A DNA stretch of 64,000 nucleotides from an uncultured delta proteobacterium (GCA_963729685.1 CAVSOX010000018.1:273944-337943), one strand, 5' to 3'; positions 8,697 through 18,379 are shown, counted from the first letter of the stretch. The notes: generated by a model from the sequence alone, not told the origin. Program-made: numbers and translations.

Positions 8697-8880
8697 GTAC
8701 TGGGCCGGCGATGCTTGTTTCTCGATGTTCGCGGCTTATGCTATTCGCTCCTGTCGGACAAAAACTTCGAAAGCGGTCGACCGGCGTGACGCCGGAGAAC
8801 AATGAGCGCGGGCGGCGCCATGGCATGAGTCTTTCACATTGTTGACAAAAGAGTGCGCCTTACTGTATTCCTTATAATGG

Positions 8881-9576
8881 GTGAACGACGTGAGTGACAA
8901 TAGCTCGCCCCACGAGGCGGCGGAGTATGACGAAGGGGTTCGCAGGACCGTCCCCTTCTACCATCTGTTCCATACCGAGACCATCGACCTGGTCAGAACG
9001 CTCCTGCCGGATGTGTCGGTCTGGCTCGACACCGGCTGCGGCACCGGCTACCTTCCGGAGCTCGCGCTGCCCCTTCTGCCCGGGGTGCGTTTTCTTCTGG
9101 CCGACCCCTCGCAGGCGATGCTCGATCAGGCACGGGGCAGGCTCGCACGCTTTCCGTCCGCACGCGTCTGCTTCCTCGGCGCCATGGCGACGGAAGGGCT
9201 CGCCGGCGTCGTCTCCGAGACCCCCCAGGTGATCAGCGCCATCCAGTGCCACCATTATAGCGGAGAAGAGGCGAGGAGGCTCGCAACCGCTGTTTGCTAC
9301 CGGCTCCTGGAGCCGGGGGGCCTCTATGTCACCTTCGAGAATATTCGACCGGACACAGGCCGGGGCGTCGAGGCCGGTCTGGACCGGTGGCTCCGTTTCC
9401 AGCGCGAGGCGGGCCGGTCCCCGGAGGCCGTGGAGGAGCACCGGTCCCGTTTCGGAAGGAACTATTTCCCGATTACCGTTGCCGAGCACCTGCGACTGCT
9501 GCGTGCGACCGGCTTCACCGTCGTCGAGATGCTGTGGCTGTCTCACATGCAGGCGGGCTTCTACGCCGTCAAGTGA
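8881..9576 (+). CDS. Class I SAM-dependent methyltransferase (CmoA-like N-terminal region)
   Basis: 231 aa; YDEGVRRTVPFYHLFH.., motif I VWLDTGCGTGYL, LLADPSQAML. Confidence 0.8.
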   Translation: MNDVSDNSSPHEAAEYDEGVRRTVPFYHLFHTETIDLVRTLLPDVSVWLDTGCGTGYLPELALPLLPGVRFLLADPSQAMLDQARGRLARFPSARVCFLGAMATEGLAGVVSETPQVISAIQCHHYSGEEARRLATAVCYRLLEPGGLYVTFENIRPDTGRGVEAGLDRWLRFQREAGRSPEAVEEHRSRFGRNYFPITVAEHLRLLRATGFTVVEMLWLSHMQAGFYAVK

Positions 9577-9677
9577 GGCGCGCCGAGGGAGGGTCGAGAG
9601 GCTTTCAGTCCATGGATAGATTTACCGCGTGAGGACGTTTTGCGAAGGGGTGCTGCCGAAAAAACAAGGGGGTCGAG

Positions 9678-10724
9678 ATGAAAGACGGGATGAACCGGAG
9701 GGATTTTTTGAAAACGACCGTCGGCGCCGGGACCGTGCTGATGGCAGGAGGCATGATGGGCGAGGCAAAGAAGGCTTATGGCGCGGTGAAGATGCCGGAA
9801 GTCGACAGGGTGGAGATTACCATCATCACGGACAACTACTATGACGCGCTCAGGCCGGATGCGCGGGTGACAAAGAGGTTCCGCACCCAGCCGGGCAAAT
9901 GGATGCACGCCGAGCACGGCCTGTCCTACTTCATCGAAACGGCGTCGAACAACAAAACGAGCGGGTTCATGTTCGACTACGGCCTGGACAGCCAGGGCGT
10001 GAAAAGGAATATGGACGTCCTCGGCATCGACGTGGGAAAGGCGGAAGGCTTCGGGCTGAGCCACGGCCACTTCGACCACTGGGGCGCGTTCACCCAGATG
10101 CTGGCCATGAACCGGGCAAAGATAAAGAAAGGGACACCCTTGTACCTGGGCGAGGAGGCTTTCGCAAGGAGATACTCCCTGAGGCCGGGCACGACGGAAA
10201 GGCTGGATATCGGCCAACTGAGCAGGGCCGATATAGAGGCGTCCGGCCTGGTGCGGATCGTCGAGGTCAAGAGCCCTACCGAAGTGATGCCGGGGGGCTA
10301 CTTTTCGGGGTATGTGGAACGGGTGACCGAGTATGAGAAGCTGCCGCCCGTACTCCTCGTGAAGCAGGGCGATGCGGTCGTGGCCGATTCATTCCCGGGT
10401 GAGCAGGCCATGGCATTCAACCTGAAAGGGAAAGGGCTGGTCGTCGTATCCGGATGCGCCCACAGGGGCATCGTCAATACCGTGAAACACGTGCAGAAGA
10501 TGGCGGGGATCGAGAGGGTGTACGCGGTCATGGGCGGCTTCCACCTGGTCAATGCAAAGCCGGAGGTCATCGAGAGGACCGTGGCCGACCTGAAGGCCAT
10601 CAACCCGGAATTCATCGTCCCGGCCCACTGCACGGGTTTTGAAGCGACCGTTGCCTTCTCGAAGGCCATGCCGGGACAATTTATCCTGAACACGGCGGGG
10701 ACGAGATACACGTTCTCGGCATGA
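9678..10724 (+). CDS. Tat-exported MBL-fold metallo-hydrolase (COG1237-like)
   Basis: 348 aa; twin-arginine signal MNRRDFLKTTVGAG; GLSHGHFDHWG (HxHxDH); SGCAHRG. Confidence 0.85.
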   Translation: MKDGMNRRDFLKTTVGAGTVLMAGGMMGEAKKAYGAVKMPEVDRVEITIITDNYYDALRPDARVTKRFRTQPGKWMHAEHGLSYFIETASNNKTSGFMFDYGLDSQGVKRNMDVLGIDVGKAEGFGLSHGHFDHWGAFTQMLAMNRAKIKKGTPLYLGEEAFARRYSLRPGTTERLDIGQLSRADIEASGLVRIVEVKSPTEVMPGGYFSGYVERVTEYEKLPPVLLVKQGDAVVADSFPGEQAMAFNLKGKGLVVVSGCAHRGIVNTVKHVQKMAGIERVYAVMGGFHLVNAKPEVIERTVADLKAINPEFIVPAHCTGFEATVAFSKAMPGQFILNTAGTRYTFSA

Positions 10725-10800
10725 CCCGCGGCCATGTGGAGGTCCGTTTGAGAGGGAGACCGCCTCCGCGCTTATCGCGGCCGTTCCCGGAGGCTTCTCG

Positions 10801-12376
10801 TTGAGGCTCGGCACAAAGCTCACGCTGTATCTCTCCCTTATCATCATCCTTGTGCTTTCCGGATACGGGTATCTCGATATTCTCTCCCGCCGGGACATCC
10901 TCGTGAGAAAGACGAAGGCGGAAGTGAGAAGCACCGGTCGCACCCTCGGTGTATCCCTCGAGAAGATCTCCCTGCCCGAAGAGCAAGAGTATGTCCAGGG
11001 TCTCATCGATGCGGTGAGCGAATACGAGAGGACCCTCGGCGTCATCGTCTACTATGAGAGAGGGCATCGCATCTTTCATTCGAACCTTTTAAAGGAGGGG
11101 ATCGAGCCCTCTCTCGACGCGATCAGAAGATCGATGCGAGAGGACCTTCCGCACGAGCAGTTTGGAGTCTACAAAAAAGTTCCTATATTTTCTTACATAT
11201 TCCCGCTTAAAGACGGGACGGGGAAGGCTATCGGCGGTGTCGCCATTCTCCAGCGGACGTCTTTCATGGAGGGAGAGATCGGGAAAGCGGAATGGAGCAT
11301 CGTCATCGCGATCCTCGTGCTGATCGGCGGGACCGTGGTTTTGGTCCTCGCGGGCACGAGAAGATGGGTGAGTCAGCCCATCTCCAGGCTGAGAGAGGGG
11401 ATCACGCATATGGCGCAAGGGGACCTCGACACCAGGATCGCGTTCAAGGGTCGCGATGAGCCTCTCCGAATTGGCGCATTCCTTTAACCGGATGGCGGCC
11501 GATCTGAAAATAGCCCGGGAACGGATCATCCGCGACGCGGAAGGCCGGCTGGAATTGGAGAGCGGTCTCCGGCAGTCCGAGAAGCTGGCCACCGTCGGTC
11601 AATTGGCTTCAGGACTGGCCCATGAGATCGGGACGCCCCTTAACATACTCTTGGGAAGGACGGAATTGATCAAGAGAAGGCTGGAAGACAGGGAGTCGAT
11701 TCAAAGGAATCTGGAGATCATCGACAACCAGATCGAGAGGATCACGAAGATCATCCAGCAGCTCCTCGGGTTCGTCAGAAAGAAGAAGCCCGAGCAAAAG
11801 GTGCTCGATATCGGCGCCGTTCTGGAGACGACCCTCGACCTCCTCGACTACCGGATCGAGAAGCAAAAGCTTGGGGTGGTGAAAGACTTCGAGGACGATC
11901 TGCCCGCCGTGCTGGGAGATCCGGATTTGCTGCAGCAGGTCTTCCTGAACCTGATCCTCAATGCGATCGAATCGATGCCCGAAGGGGGGACGCTCCGCCT
12001 CCGCACCTCGTCCGCCCGTGTTTCCAGGGGTGTCCTTCCTGAAAGCGAGAGACGGTATATCGAGGTACGGGTGGAGGACACGGGCGCGGGCATGGCCGGC
12101 GACGTCGTCCAACACATCTTCAAGGCCTTTTATACGACGAAGACGACAGGGACGGGACTCGGGCTCATGGTCACCCAGGGCATTGTCCAGGACCATGACG
12201 GATGGATCGATGTCGAGAGCGAGGCAGGAAAGGGATCGGTCTTCAAGGTCTACCTGCCGCTTTTTGCGGAACGGGTGATACCGGGTGTCGCATTCGAAGG
12301 TCCATCGAGGCGGCGACGAGGAGCCGACGAAGGCGTTTGCCGCCCCCGCGCGGAGGCTGGGCACCCGGCTATGTAG
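10801..12376 (+). CDS. Membrane sensor histidine kinase (HAMP + HisKA + HATPase), split by an apparent 1-nt frameshift near 11461
   Basis: 10801..11487 holds TM segments and the HAMP start [32 protein letters not shown]. 11456..12376 continues with [15 protein letters not shown].., H-box [14 protein letters not shown] and the N/G1/G2 boxes. Removing one C at 11461-11462 joins the two frames. Confidence 0.85.
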
Positions 12377-12437
12377 AAGGATGAGCGACGAGGAGTCAAC
12401 GAAGATGGGGCGAAGAAGGCGACCGGGGTGAGGCGTA

Positions 12438-13787
12438 ATGGACGAGACGTATAAGATACTGGTAATCGATGACGACGTGGACATGTGTGAGCTGCTCTCC
12501 GACGTGCTCAAAGGCGAGGGATGGTCCGTCATGAGCATAAGCGACAGCCTGGAAGCCTCCAGGGTCCTGAGAAAGGAGGAGTTCGACGTCATCATCACCG
12601 ATCTCAAGATGAAAGGCTTGAAAGGTCTCGACCTCCTGGAGGAGGCCCACAAAGTGGCACCCCTCACGCCCGTGATCATTATCACGGCCTTCGGGACCAT
12701 CGAATCCGCCATCAAGGCGATGAAGATGGGCGCCTACGACTATATCACCAAGCCCTTCCGAACGGATGAGATCGTGCTGACCGTGAAGAAGGCCCTGGAG
12801 ATGCGCCTGTTAAAGAAAGAGGTCGTACGGTTGAAAAAAGAGGTGGAGTCGAGGTACCACTTCCACCACCTGATCGGCAAAAGCCCCTCGATGCAGAAGA
12901 TCTACGACCTCATTGAAAGGATCAGCGGAAGCTCCTACAACGTCCTCATCACCGGGGAAAGCGGGACAGGCAAGGAGCTGGTTGCGCGGGCTGCCCACTA
13001 TTCCGGCTCCAGAAAGGGGGGTCCGTTCGTGGCGGTCAATTGTGCGGCCATCCCGGAGACGCTGCTCGAAAGTGAGCTGTTCGGCTATAAAAAGGGCGCC
13101 TTCACCGACGCGAAAACGGACAAGTTGGGGTTGCTGTTCCAGGCCGCGGGAGGAACGGTCTTCCTCGACGAGATTACGGAGATGCCGCCCGTTTTGCAGG
13201 CCAAATTGCTTCGGGTGATCGAAGAGAGGGAAGTCCGGCCCCTGGGAGGCACGACTCCTTATCCTCTCGACGTGAGGATCATCTCCTCATCGAATCGCGA
13301 GATGAAAGAGGTGATCCGGCAGGGGCGGTTCCGTGAAGACCTGTACTACCGGCTGAAGGTCATCGACATCGAATTGCCGCCCCTCCGCGAGAGGAGAGAG
13401 GATATCCCCCTCCTGGTCGAACATTTTATCGCGAGATTTGGCCGGGAGCCGAAGAAGAGGGTTTCGGGCGTTTCGGAAGAGGCCCTCAAGGCGCTGATAA
13501 GTTACGCATGGCCGGGGAACGTGCGGGAGCTGGAAAACGTCATTCAACGGGCAATCACCCTGTGCCGGCACGAGGTGATCCTGCCGGAGGATTTGCCCGC
13601 CGCCATCACCCAGGCGCCGAAGGACGACCTTTTTGAGAAGGGCATCAGGGAACACTACACGATGGAGCAGGTGGAGAAGGAGTACGTCCGCAGGGTCCTC
13701 GTCGAAGTCGGGGGCAACAAGTCAAAGGCGGCCCAGATACTCGGCTTCGATCGAAAGACGTTGTATCGAAAGCTTGAGGAGTTGTAG
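12438..13787 (+). CDS. Sigma-54-dependent response regulator (NtrC family)
   Basis: 449 aa; receiver ILVIDDD..DVIITDLKMKG; AAA+ GESGTGKELVARAAH; GAFTDA; ESELFG; C-terminal Fis-type HTH. Confidence 0.93.
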   Translation: MDETYKILVIDDDVDMCELLSDVLKGEGWSVMSISDSLEASRVLRKEEFDVIITDLKMKGLKGLDLLEEAHKVAPLTPVIIITAFGTIESAIKAMKMGAYDYITKPFRTDEIVLTVKKALEMRLLKKEVVRLKKEVESRYHFHHLIGKSPSMQKIYDLIERISGSSYNVLITGESGTGKELVARAAHYSGSRKGGPFVAVNCAAIPETLLESELFGYKKGAFTDAKTDKLGLLFQAAGGTVFLDEITEMPPVLQAKLLRVIEEREVRPLGGTTPYPLDVRIISSSNREMKEVIRQGRFREDLYYRLKVIDIELPPLRERREDIPLLVEHFIARFGREPKKRVSGVSEEALKALISYAWPGNVRELENVIQRAITLCRHEVILPEDLPAAITQAPKDDLFEKGIREHYTMEQVEKEYVRRVLVEVGGNKSKAAQILGFDRKTLYRKLEEL

Positions 13788-14112
13788 GCTTTCGGCGCGG
13801 CCGGGATCTTTTCGCGATGACCATTATTTCAGCCGCGGCCATCCGGGCCACCGCTGAAATAACTTCCGATTCCTCACTCCCAATCTTGATAATTTGGCCC
13901 TTGAAAGCAGCACCGCTGAAATCGAAGATAGCGTAAGTGTTGCCGTCCTCAGCGGTAACGACCGCTCTACCGTCAACTAATTCGCTTTTGGTTATGTTGA
14001 GCCAATTTCCCCAATGCCACTGGTTGCCGCTCTTTGTAGCCCATTTCAATCTGCGTAGCCCGTCAACGCCACTTAAAATACCTTTAGAGTTGAATGTGAT
14101 TTTGCCTTTCAA
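13645..14112 (-). CDS. Hypothetical protein, doubtful (possible decayed gene)
   Basis: 155-aa TTG-initiated ORF with no SD. The first ~95 aa are protein-like, but the last 143 nt run antisense into the NtrC gene. It sits in an AT-rich patch. Confidence 0.25.
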   Translation of the reverse strand: MKGKITFNSKGILSGVDGLRRLKWATKSGNQWHWGNWLNITKSELVDGRAVVTAEDGNTYAIFDFSGAAFKGQIIKIGSEESEVISAVARMAAAEIMVIAKRSRPRRKPTTPQAFDTTSFDRSRVSGPPLTCCPRLRRGPCGRTPSPPAPSCSVP

Positions 14113-14508
14113 CTCGACACTTGCATCAAAAGTATTCAGCTAACTGATTTCCTTCGATAAGAAGCTGAGTAGAGCTTATATTTCGAGCTGCATTGTTACC
14201 GCAGGCTTTCGTACGCGGATGCTATATCGGAACCGGCCTTTGTTGTAGATTCTTCCGATGCGGACAGCCCAGTGAGCGGGCCAATTAAGAAAGGGCGACA
14301 AGGAACAGACCGATAAGAATGCAAGAGTGTCCCTTCATTTTTGATCTCCTTTCATGCCGTTATTTAATTTTGGCCTCACGCTCTACTTCGAATAACTCTT
14401 ATTATTTCGATTCGCGCCACCGCCCCGCGTGCAAAGGCGTCTCACCATTGCTCATCTTGCTCGAATTGAGATCAGGACTGTCTTTGGTATGCCCTGCCCT
14501 TTTCTGAT

Positions 14509-14916
14509 TTACCTTGGCAGATACTTAGTGCCACACAGTTCAGACATCTCAACTATTGCCCCGTTTCGGATTTCGTTTGTCATGGGAAGGCCGCCTAGTT
14601 GAATGGCCAGTGCTCGGTACGTCTTAGCGGACTCATGCTTGAGAGCCACAGCGCACTTTGTGCCGGATTGGAGTCTCTCCCGGCCGATCGCCTTGCCCGA
14701 TTCATCGCAGACCTTGGTTTGAGGCGTAATTTTGAAGATCTCGCCAGTCGGCGTTTCCATCGCCGTTGAGGATACGCTTTTGACCGGTCCTGTCCACCTT
14801 GCATCGACTGTTATCCCAAGGGATTGTGCGCGGCTGTCCTTGTCCTTTCCCCACGATGAAGGGGCAACGATGATGGCGACGGCAACAATAACAATCGCAA
14901 GGGTTAGATTGATCAT
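14509..14916 (-). CDS. Hypothetical secreted protein
   Basis: 135 aa; GAGGAGG SD; N-terminal signal/anchor MINLTLAIVIVAVAIIVAPSSWG. Confidence 0.55.
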   Translation of the reverse strand: MINLTLAIVIVAVAIIVAPSSWGKDKDSRAQSLGITVDARWTGPVKSVSSTAMETPTGEIFKITPQTKVCDESGKAIGRERLQSGTKCAVALKHESAKTYRALAIQLGGLPMTNEIRNGAIVEMSELCGTKYLPR

Positions 14917-15332
14917 GTTCTCGTCCTCCTCGACCAGAATGTATTCGTTGAGTCAACTATGGAAAACGCTTGCCCCTACCTTTCTTTGTCCTGGGTTCTA
15001 CCTACAGCTAAACAACGTATACCAAGCATTGATAATTGTAGCACTCGGTATCGGCCCGGTCGAGCAAAATCTGCACTTCAGTGCATTGGTGAAGGAGGTG
15101 AACAGCGATCCATACCGGGCACTCTTTGGCTGATTGACCACGTAATTTTCGCAGCGACCGTATGAGAAGTGACGAGGACGTGACGGCTTTCGTGGACGAT
15201 GAAGGCTGTCTACGCTCCGGCTCCTGTGATTTTTGCCTTGCCACGCCTGTCCGCACCATGCAATAATAGAGGCAGGGCTGTACAACAGCGGCCGCTTCGG
15301 CTGATTCAAATTGTCTTTTCAGGAGGTAGATC

Positions 15333-16523
15333 ATGAAAAGGTTTATCGGCATGCGAAACTGGTTTTGTGCAGCCGCGCTCATTATCATGCTCCCTCTGAC
15401 TGTTGCCGCAGGTGGGAAGCAGGCGCTGATGGTCGTCGGCATTGACGAAAAAGTGCTGTGGGATGATGCAGGCAAGATAGTGTTATCTCCCCCCGGCAAG
15501 GACAGGGTCTTGATCGTTGACATCGGTACTGATCCGCTTGCCCCCAGGATCATTGCCGGTCTGCCCCTTATGAACTCCATCTTTGGTCCGCCCGTCAACC
15601 TCCAGATTACCCCGGATCAGGGTCTCGCTCTGGTCGCTAATTCCGTCACGACGGTGCAGGATGGCGGTGCGTGGAAAACGGTTCCTGACAACAAGCTCTA
15701 CGTCATTGACCTCAAAGCTTCTCCACCTGCCCTGATCGACACCATTGAGGTCGGGAAACAGCCTTCCGGCCTGTCGATCAACGGCAAAGGCACTCTCGCG
15801 CTTATTGCCAACCGTGCGGGCAATTCGATCAGCGTCGTGTCAATCGAAGGAAAAAAAGTGAAAGTGATCGATACCGTGGCGATGGGGGATTCGGTGGCCG
15901 CCGTCAAGTTTACCCCCAATGGCAACCGGGCGCTGGTTGTCAAGTTTCCGGCCCACAAGGTGGCTGTGCTGGATGTGGATGGGACAAAAGTCACTTACAA
16001 CAAAGCCTATGATATGCCGGCAGGTTTGTGGCCTTATAATATCGATGTCACACCCGACGGCAAAATTGCGCTTACCGCTGATAACGGCAACAACGGTGCG
16101 GCAGACGGGAATGTGGATACGGTCAGTGTGATCGATCTTGAAGCCAACCCGCCCTACGTCATGGACAAAGTTGTGGTCGGTGACTCACCGGAGGGTCTTG
16201 CCATAAGCCCTACCGGGAAGATTGCCGTGACCATGCTCATCAAGGGGTCCAAATCCGACAAAAATATCTGGTATTATCACCGGAATGGTACCGTGGTTGT
16301 ACTCAAGATCGATGGCAAAAAAGTTACAAAGATCAATGAGATTGAAGTACGCGGCGATCCCGAAGGCGCCGTGTTCAGCGCAGACGGAAAGTATCTTTAC
16401 GTTGCAAACTTCATGGACAGCGATATTTCTATTTTAAAAGTCGACGGCACGGAAGTTACCAACACGGGCAAAAGTTTAAAGCTGCCGGGGCATCCTGCTT
16501 CGATGCGAGGCCCGGCACGTTAA
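15333..16523 (+). CDS. Secreted beta-propeller repeat protein (YVTN/lactonase-like 7-bladed propeller)
   Basis: 396 aa; signal peptide; repeated ..G.QPSGLSINGKGTLALIANRAGNSISVV.., ..GDSPEGLAISPTGKIAV.., ..GDPEGAVFSADGKYLYVANFMDSDISIL. Confidence 0.8.
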   Translation: MKRFIGMRNWFCAAALIIMLPLTVAAGGKQALMVVGIDEKVLWDDAGKIVLSPPGKDRVLIVDIGTDPLAPRIIAGLPLMNSIFGPPVNLQITPDQGLALVANSVTTVQDGGAWKTVPDNKLYVIDLKASPPALIDTIEVGKQPSGLSINGKGTLALIANRAGNSISVVSIEGKKVKVIDTVAMGDSVAAVKFTPNGNRALVVKFPAHKVAVLDVDGTKVTYNKAYDMPAGLWPYNIDVTPDGKIALTADNGNNGAADGNVDTVSVIDLEANPPYVMDKVVVGDSPEGLAISPTGKIAVTMLIKGSKSDKNIWYYHRNGTVVVLKIDGKKVTKINEIEVRGDPEGAVFSADGKYLYVANFMDSDISILKVDGTEVTNTGKSLKLPGHPASMRGPAR

Positions 16524-16736
16524 GATAAGGAGCCGACAAGCACTTTCCAATGTCGGGAATCAAAATCGGCCGACGGTATCCTCCCTTGCCGTCCCCGAGG
16601 TTTCGCGACCGTTGCTCGTCGCTGCGCGACGCGTGAATTCGTGATTACCACAGCAAAGGCGTAAAACTCTTATCCATGTCTGCACATTCCTGACGATCCA
16701 CTATGCCTGAATTACCTCTCATGCCCCTGCCGTTTC

Positions 16737-17534
16737 CTATATCTTGGGATGCCTCGTCTTCGGCGTGAAGTGACATCCGCCGCAGTCCATCAAACCCCTT
16801 GTGTTCTCAAGCACGCCACCCTGGTCATGGCAACTCCGGCACGTCTGTTCCGACGCGGGAATCGCATACGCCGCCTTGAAGACGCCTGCCGCATTATCAT
16901 TCAGCATTTGGGCCGTGTGCCGCGCGACGGAAGCCGAGATCCAGGCGCACCGCTCGGCACGCTCCTTTGAAAACGATTTGACCTTCGACACCTTGCACCA
17001 GTTGGTGACGGAGACGTGGCAGAGCGGGGAGCGGGAGACAGATGTGACGATCTGGAACTTAGGATTCTTCGGCTTGTAGTCGGGCAGTTGCGCTTGCTCG
17101 TACCAGTTGAAAAGCTCCCTGATAAGCGCGAAGGCTTTCGCCTTTTTCGCCGGTTCTGCGCCGCCTGCGGCAAGGAAGATGGCCATTGCCGCGCCGTTCA
17201 GCGCGCCGCACAGCGTGGCGATGCCGGCAACGCCCCCCTCCCCGAAGACCATCATCGCGCTGGGAAAGGCGGCCCAAGGCCCACCCACGTCTTTGCGCAG
17301 CCCTCCAACGATCCCTTCAAAAGCGCCATAGCAGCAAGCGCCCGTGTAGTAACCTTCGTAGCCTCTCTCGGCAGCCGCGTCCAAATCCAGCTTTTTGTAA
17401 GGCCATGGCAATTGCGCCGCCCCTGATTGCAATTCCGCAGCAATTCCGTTCTTCAGGCCGGCAACCCCTCCAATGCCCAGGCCCAAAGCCAACCCTCCCA
17501 CACCTCTCAACAAATCTCTTCTCGACATTCTCAT
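16737..17534 (-). CDS. Tat-signal C_GCAxxG_C_C-family protein with C-terminal dihaem c domain (split-Soret cytochrome c-like)
   Basis: GGGAG SD then ATG 17534: MRMSRRDLLRGVGGLALG (Tat signal); ..CCYGAFEG.., ..LCGALNGAAM..; two CxxCH motifs (CRSCH, CGGCH) near the C-terminus. The ORF-track start 17618 is probably too far upstream. Confidence 0.75.
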   Translation of the reverse strand: MRMSRRDLLRGVGGLALGLGIGGVAGLKNGIAAELQSGAAQLPWPYKKLDLDAAAERGYEGYYTGACCYGAFEGIVGGLRKDVGGPWAAFPSAMMVFGEGGVAGIATLCGALNGAAMAIFLAAGGAEPAKKAKAFALIRELFNWYEQAQLPDYKPKNPKFQIVTSVSRSPLCHVSVTNWCKVSKVKSFSKERAERCAWISASVARHTAQMLNDNAAGVFKAAYAIPASEQTCRSCHDQGGVLENTRGLMDCGGCHFTPKTRHPKI

Positions 17535-17968
17535 AGCTAATCTCCCTGTTTGCGAAAATCGGTCACAAAGTGTCTTGTCCGACAGTTGCCCATTGTAACA
17601 TGCAACACTGCTCCACACGAGACAAATCTAGCATTCCAGGAAGCAGTGCTCGACGCTCTACATCGTCCTATCGTCCTTATTTTTCTCACAAAATGTAAAC
17701 GATGCCTTTCGTCGCTCCTGGTTGTCATGCCTCCTTGTCACCCCTGGTTGTCGCCCCTCCTTGTCGCTTTGACGGGAGAGGGGAAAAGAGAGAGAATCTT
17801 GTTAGGCCGGGCAATGATTCTGATAGGTCCTCAACGGATGACATAGCCCGGCCCGCTTCAGCCGGTCTCACAGCTCCCGTAAACCGGCCCGCTCTTTGAC
17901 AACTCAAGCCGACAACCGTGGCCTTAGAAGGGTCCTCTTTCCGATTCGCGTTTTCTTTTTCATTTTCA

Positions 17969-17986
17969 CCCCCCCCCCCCCCCCCC
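17969..17986 (+). repeat. Homopolymeric C18 tract
   Basis: 18 consecutive C in the 845-bp intergenic region between the divergent cytochrome and response-regulator genes. Confidence 0.95.
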
Positions 17987-17991
17987 GAAAC

Positions 17992-18014
17992 CGTGCACTT
18001 TCGTGCACTTTCGT
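17992..18014 (+). repeat. Tandem 10-mer CGTGCACTTT x2.3 (two GTGCAC palindromes 10 bp apart)
   Basis: Read directly from the sequence, 5 nt after the C18 tract. Confidence 0.9.
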
Positions 18015-18244
18015 AAACCCCATTCTAGAAATGCCTTGCAAGAGAAAGGAATCGGGAAAGGAGTGCCGATACGGTTAGTGAAGAATCCGTGCTAAAAAAG
18101 GGTAAAAGGAGGGTAAAACGCAGGAAAAAGATGGCAAAAGGGACCTTTTTTGTGGGTTTCCGGAGCCTGGTGTTCACCCCGGGTGACGGCCCTTAAGTTA
18201 CCGCTTATGCCCGCAAGCCCCACGCCCTTCTCTCGTGCCCTATT

Positions 18245-18263
18245 ATGCCACATGGTGTGGCAT
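18245..18263. promoter_or_regulatory. Candidate enhancer-binding-protein site (palindrome ATGCCACA-TGG-TGTGGCAT)
   Basis: Perfect 8+3+8 dyad about 100 bp upstream of the -24/-12 element at 18348. Confidence 0.4.
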
Positions 18264-18347
18264 TATTCCCCACTTGATCCCTGCCTGCATGCCGGGGTGA
18301 TACTTTAAGTCACCGGGAACATTGATGAAACTCGATCTTTCGTCGGA

Positions 18348-18363
18348 TGGCGCCGCTCTTGCA
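18348..18363 (+). promoter_or_regulatory. Sigma-54 (-24/-12) promoter candidate
   Basis: TGGCGC-CGCTC-TTGCA fits TGGCAC-N5-TTGCW with exact GG/GC spacing. Caveat: the predicted TSS is only ~6 nt before ATG 18380. Confidence 0.45.
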
Positions 18364-18379
18364 TCGGTAAGCTCCCGAA

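Noticed and set aside
8842-8878. TTGACA (8842-8847) plus perfect TATAAT (8873-8878) as the methyltransferase promoter
   Set aside because: The spacer is 25 nt, far from the 16-18 nt optimum, and the -10 ends 2 nt before the GTG start. The two hexamers are probably not one promoter.
14285-14338. Strong SD (AAAGGAGA) plus ATG 14338 (minus strand) encoding MKGHSCILIGLFLVALS-stop
   Set aside because: There are only 17 codons before a TAA. Continuation requires a frameshift and yields an unconvincing sequence. It is mentioned under the AT-rich patch but not called as a gene.
17560-17640. TGGAGC-AGTG-TTGCAT on the minus strand as a sigma-54 promoter for the cytochrome gene
   Set aside because: The GG-to-GC spacing is one nt short of the invariant -24/-12 distance.
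17896-18078. 60-aa ORF spanning the C18 tract (..FTPPPPPRNR..)
   Set aside because: Its coding potential comes from the homopolymer. There is no RBS and the rest of the sequence is not protein-like.
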